Below are positions 62,880 through 64,000 of a stretch of 64,000 nucleotides of DNA, one piece after another. The first letter of the stretch is position 1. Each line of letters starts with the position of its first letter. This stretch comes from an uncultured cyanobacterium (GTDB taxonomy: Bacteria > Cyanobacteriota > Cyanobacteriia > Cyanobacteriales > Nostocaceae). The notes under the pieces are model-generated. The model was not told where the DNA came from and searched no databases. It worked only from the letters and a program-made list of their open reading frames with translations. The translations under genes and the position numbers were made by a program. The stretch lies in the NCBI GenBank assembly GCA_963740315.1, contig CAVUDP010000001.1:1280001-1344000 (forward strand), given 5' to 3'.

Positions 62880-64000
62880 ATGTCAGACCCCAATATTGGT
62901 CGCTTACTCGCCAAGCGCTACCGGCTTCAGGAGATAATTGGTACTGGGGCTATGGGTCGAGTTTATCGTGCTAAGGATGTTTTGTTAGGAGGCGTACCTG
63001 TAGCAGTTAAGTTTCTCGCCCTCTCAGTCCAAAATACAAAAATGCGGTTAAGGGAACGTTTTGAGCGAGAAGCCAAAACTTGTGCCCTACTTGGTCAAAA
63101 AAGTATCCACATTGTTCGAGTGATGGACTACGGCGTGGACGAAAAGTCTACTCCGTTTTATGTCATGGAATATTTACACGGTAAAAGCCTCAGCCAAATT
63201 ATCCGCGATGAAAAACTAACTTTAAGACGGTTCTTAAGTATGGCGCGTCAAATATCTCTGGGTTTACAATGCGCTCATGATGGTATCTTTGTTGATGGCA
63301 AAGTCTGCCCAATTATTCATCGTGACATCAAACCTAGCAATATGTTGGCAATTCATGATGCTAGTTTTGGGGAATTAGTTAAAGTTCTTGATTTTGGTAT
63401 TGCCAAGCTATTACTCTCCGATACTCAACAAACTAATTATTATTTGGGTACTTTAGCTTATTCTTCTCCCGAACAGATGGAAGGTAAGGAACTTGATAAC
63501 CGCTCGGATATTTACAGTCTGGGTGTAATGATGTTCGAGATGTTGACAGGAAAGATGCCTTTAATCCCAGAAAATCCTTCTTTTGGGGGATGGTATAAAG
63601 TACATCACTATAAGCCACCTCGTCCTTTTTCTGAAGTTCAACCAAAATTACAATTACCTGTAGAGGTAGAAAATTTGGTAATGAAATGTCTGGCAAAGCA
63701 AGCAAAGGAACGTCCTCAAAGCATTAATGAAATTCTTAAGGATTTAGCATCTATAGAGGAGCGTTATAAAAATCAAGTCGGGGCAAGTAATAATGTTGAT
63801 GTCTACACAGCTGAAGATGCCTCCCTTGCTCCTACTGTTAAAGCTGATTTTACGCCAGAGAATCGACTTGATGTTAATACGTCGGTTTCTAATGACGAGA
63901 TTTTACGACAAGCTGTTTGGCCTAAAGATAAACCAATTGCTGATATCGTTTTTCCTCAAAATATACAGGTAAATGGTAATTTAACCCCTGCTCTGTGGAT
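62880..64000 (+). CDS. Hanks-type Ser/Thr protein kinase; runs off the window
   Basis: Not in the ORF track; GGAG SD then ATG 62880: MSDPNIGRLLAKRY..IGTGAMGRVY..VAVK..HRDIKPSN..KVLDFGIAK..YSSPEQ..SDIYSLG. Confidence 0.93.
   Translation, partial: MSDPNIGRLLAKRYRLQEIIGTGAMGRVYRAKDVLLGGVPVAVKFLALSVQNTKMRLRERFEREAKTCALLGQKSIHIVRVMDYGVDEKSTPFYVMEYLHGKSLSQIIRDEKLTLRRFLSMARQISLGLQCAHDGIFVDGKVCPIIHRDIKPSNMLAIHDASFGELVKVLDFGIAKLLLSDTQQTNYYLGTLAYSSPEQMEGKELDNRSDIYSLGVMMFEMLTGKMPLIPENPSFGGWYKVHHYKPPRPFSEVQPKLQLPVEVENLVMKCLAKQAKERPQSINEILKDLASIEERYKNQVGASNNVDVYTAEDASLAPTVKADFTPENRLDVNTSVSNDEILRQAVWPKDKPIADIVFPQNIQVNGNLTPALW

Noticed and set aside
63433..63705. 90-aa minus-strand ORF
   Set aside because: Shadow of the Ser/Thr kinase on the plus strand.

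Overview
AT-rich DNA (about 37% GC by eye) from a filamentous, probably heterocyst-forming cyanobacterium (Nostocales, Rivularia/Calothrix-like). The assignment rests on frequent HIP1 octamers (GCGATCGC), STRR heptamer/octamer tandem repeats in many intergenic regions, petJ, a SigE-type sigma factor and cyanobacteriochrome GAF domains. Housekeeping genes are mnmG, priA (split by a repeat), petJ, sigE, speE, alpha-amylase and anmK. Six histidine kinases are present, including a 4-GAF cyanobacteriochrome kinase next to an ethylene-receptor-type kinase. Other loci: a kaiA3-kaiB3-kaiC3 clock locus flanked by kinases, a divergent kdpABC, two glycosyltransferase clusters, a Thermus/fungal-type homocitrate synthase, a decayed xisHI pair, a MITE and several REP-like repeat families. 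The best candidate for an undescribed system is at 20.9-25.3 kb. It is a co-oriented cluster of a PspA-like protein, a non-canonical Lgt-like transferase, an orphan permease, a tetraether-synthase (Tes/MJ0619)-like radical SAM enzyme and two small paralogous membrane proteins ending in a lipoprotein-signal-like G-x-C helix. No rRNA, tRNA or CRISPR array was seen. All family calls come from motif recognition; no database search was run.
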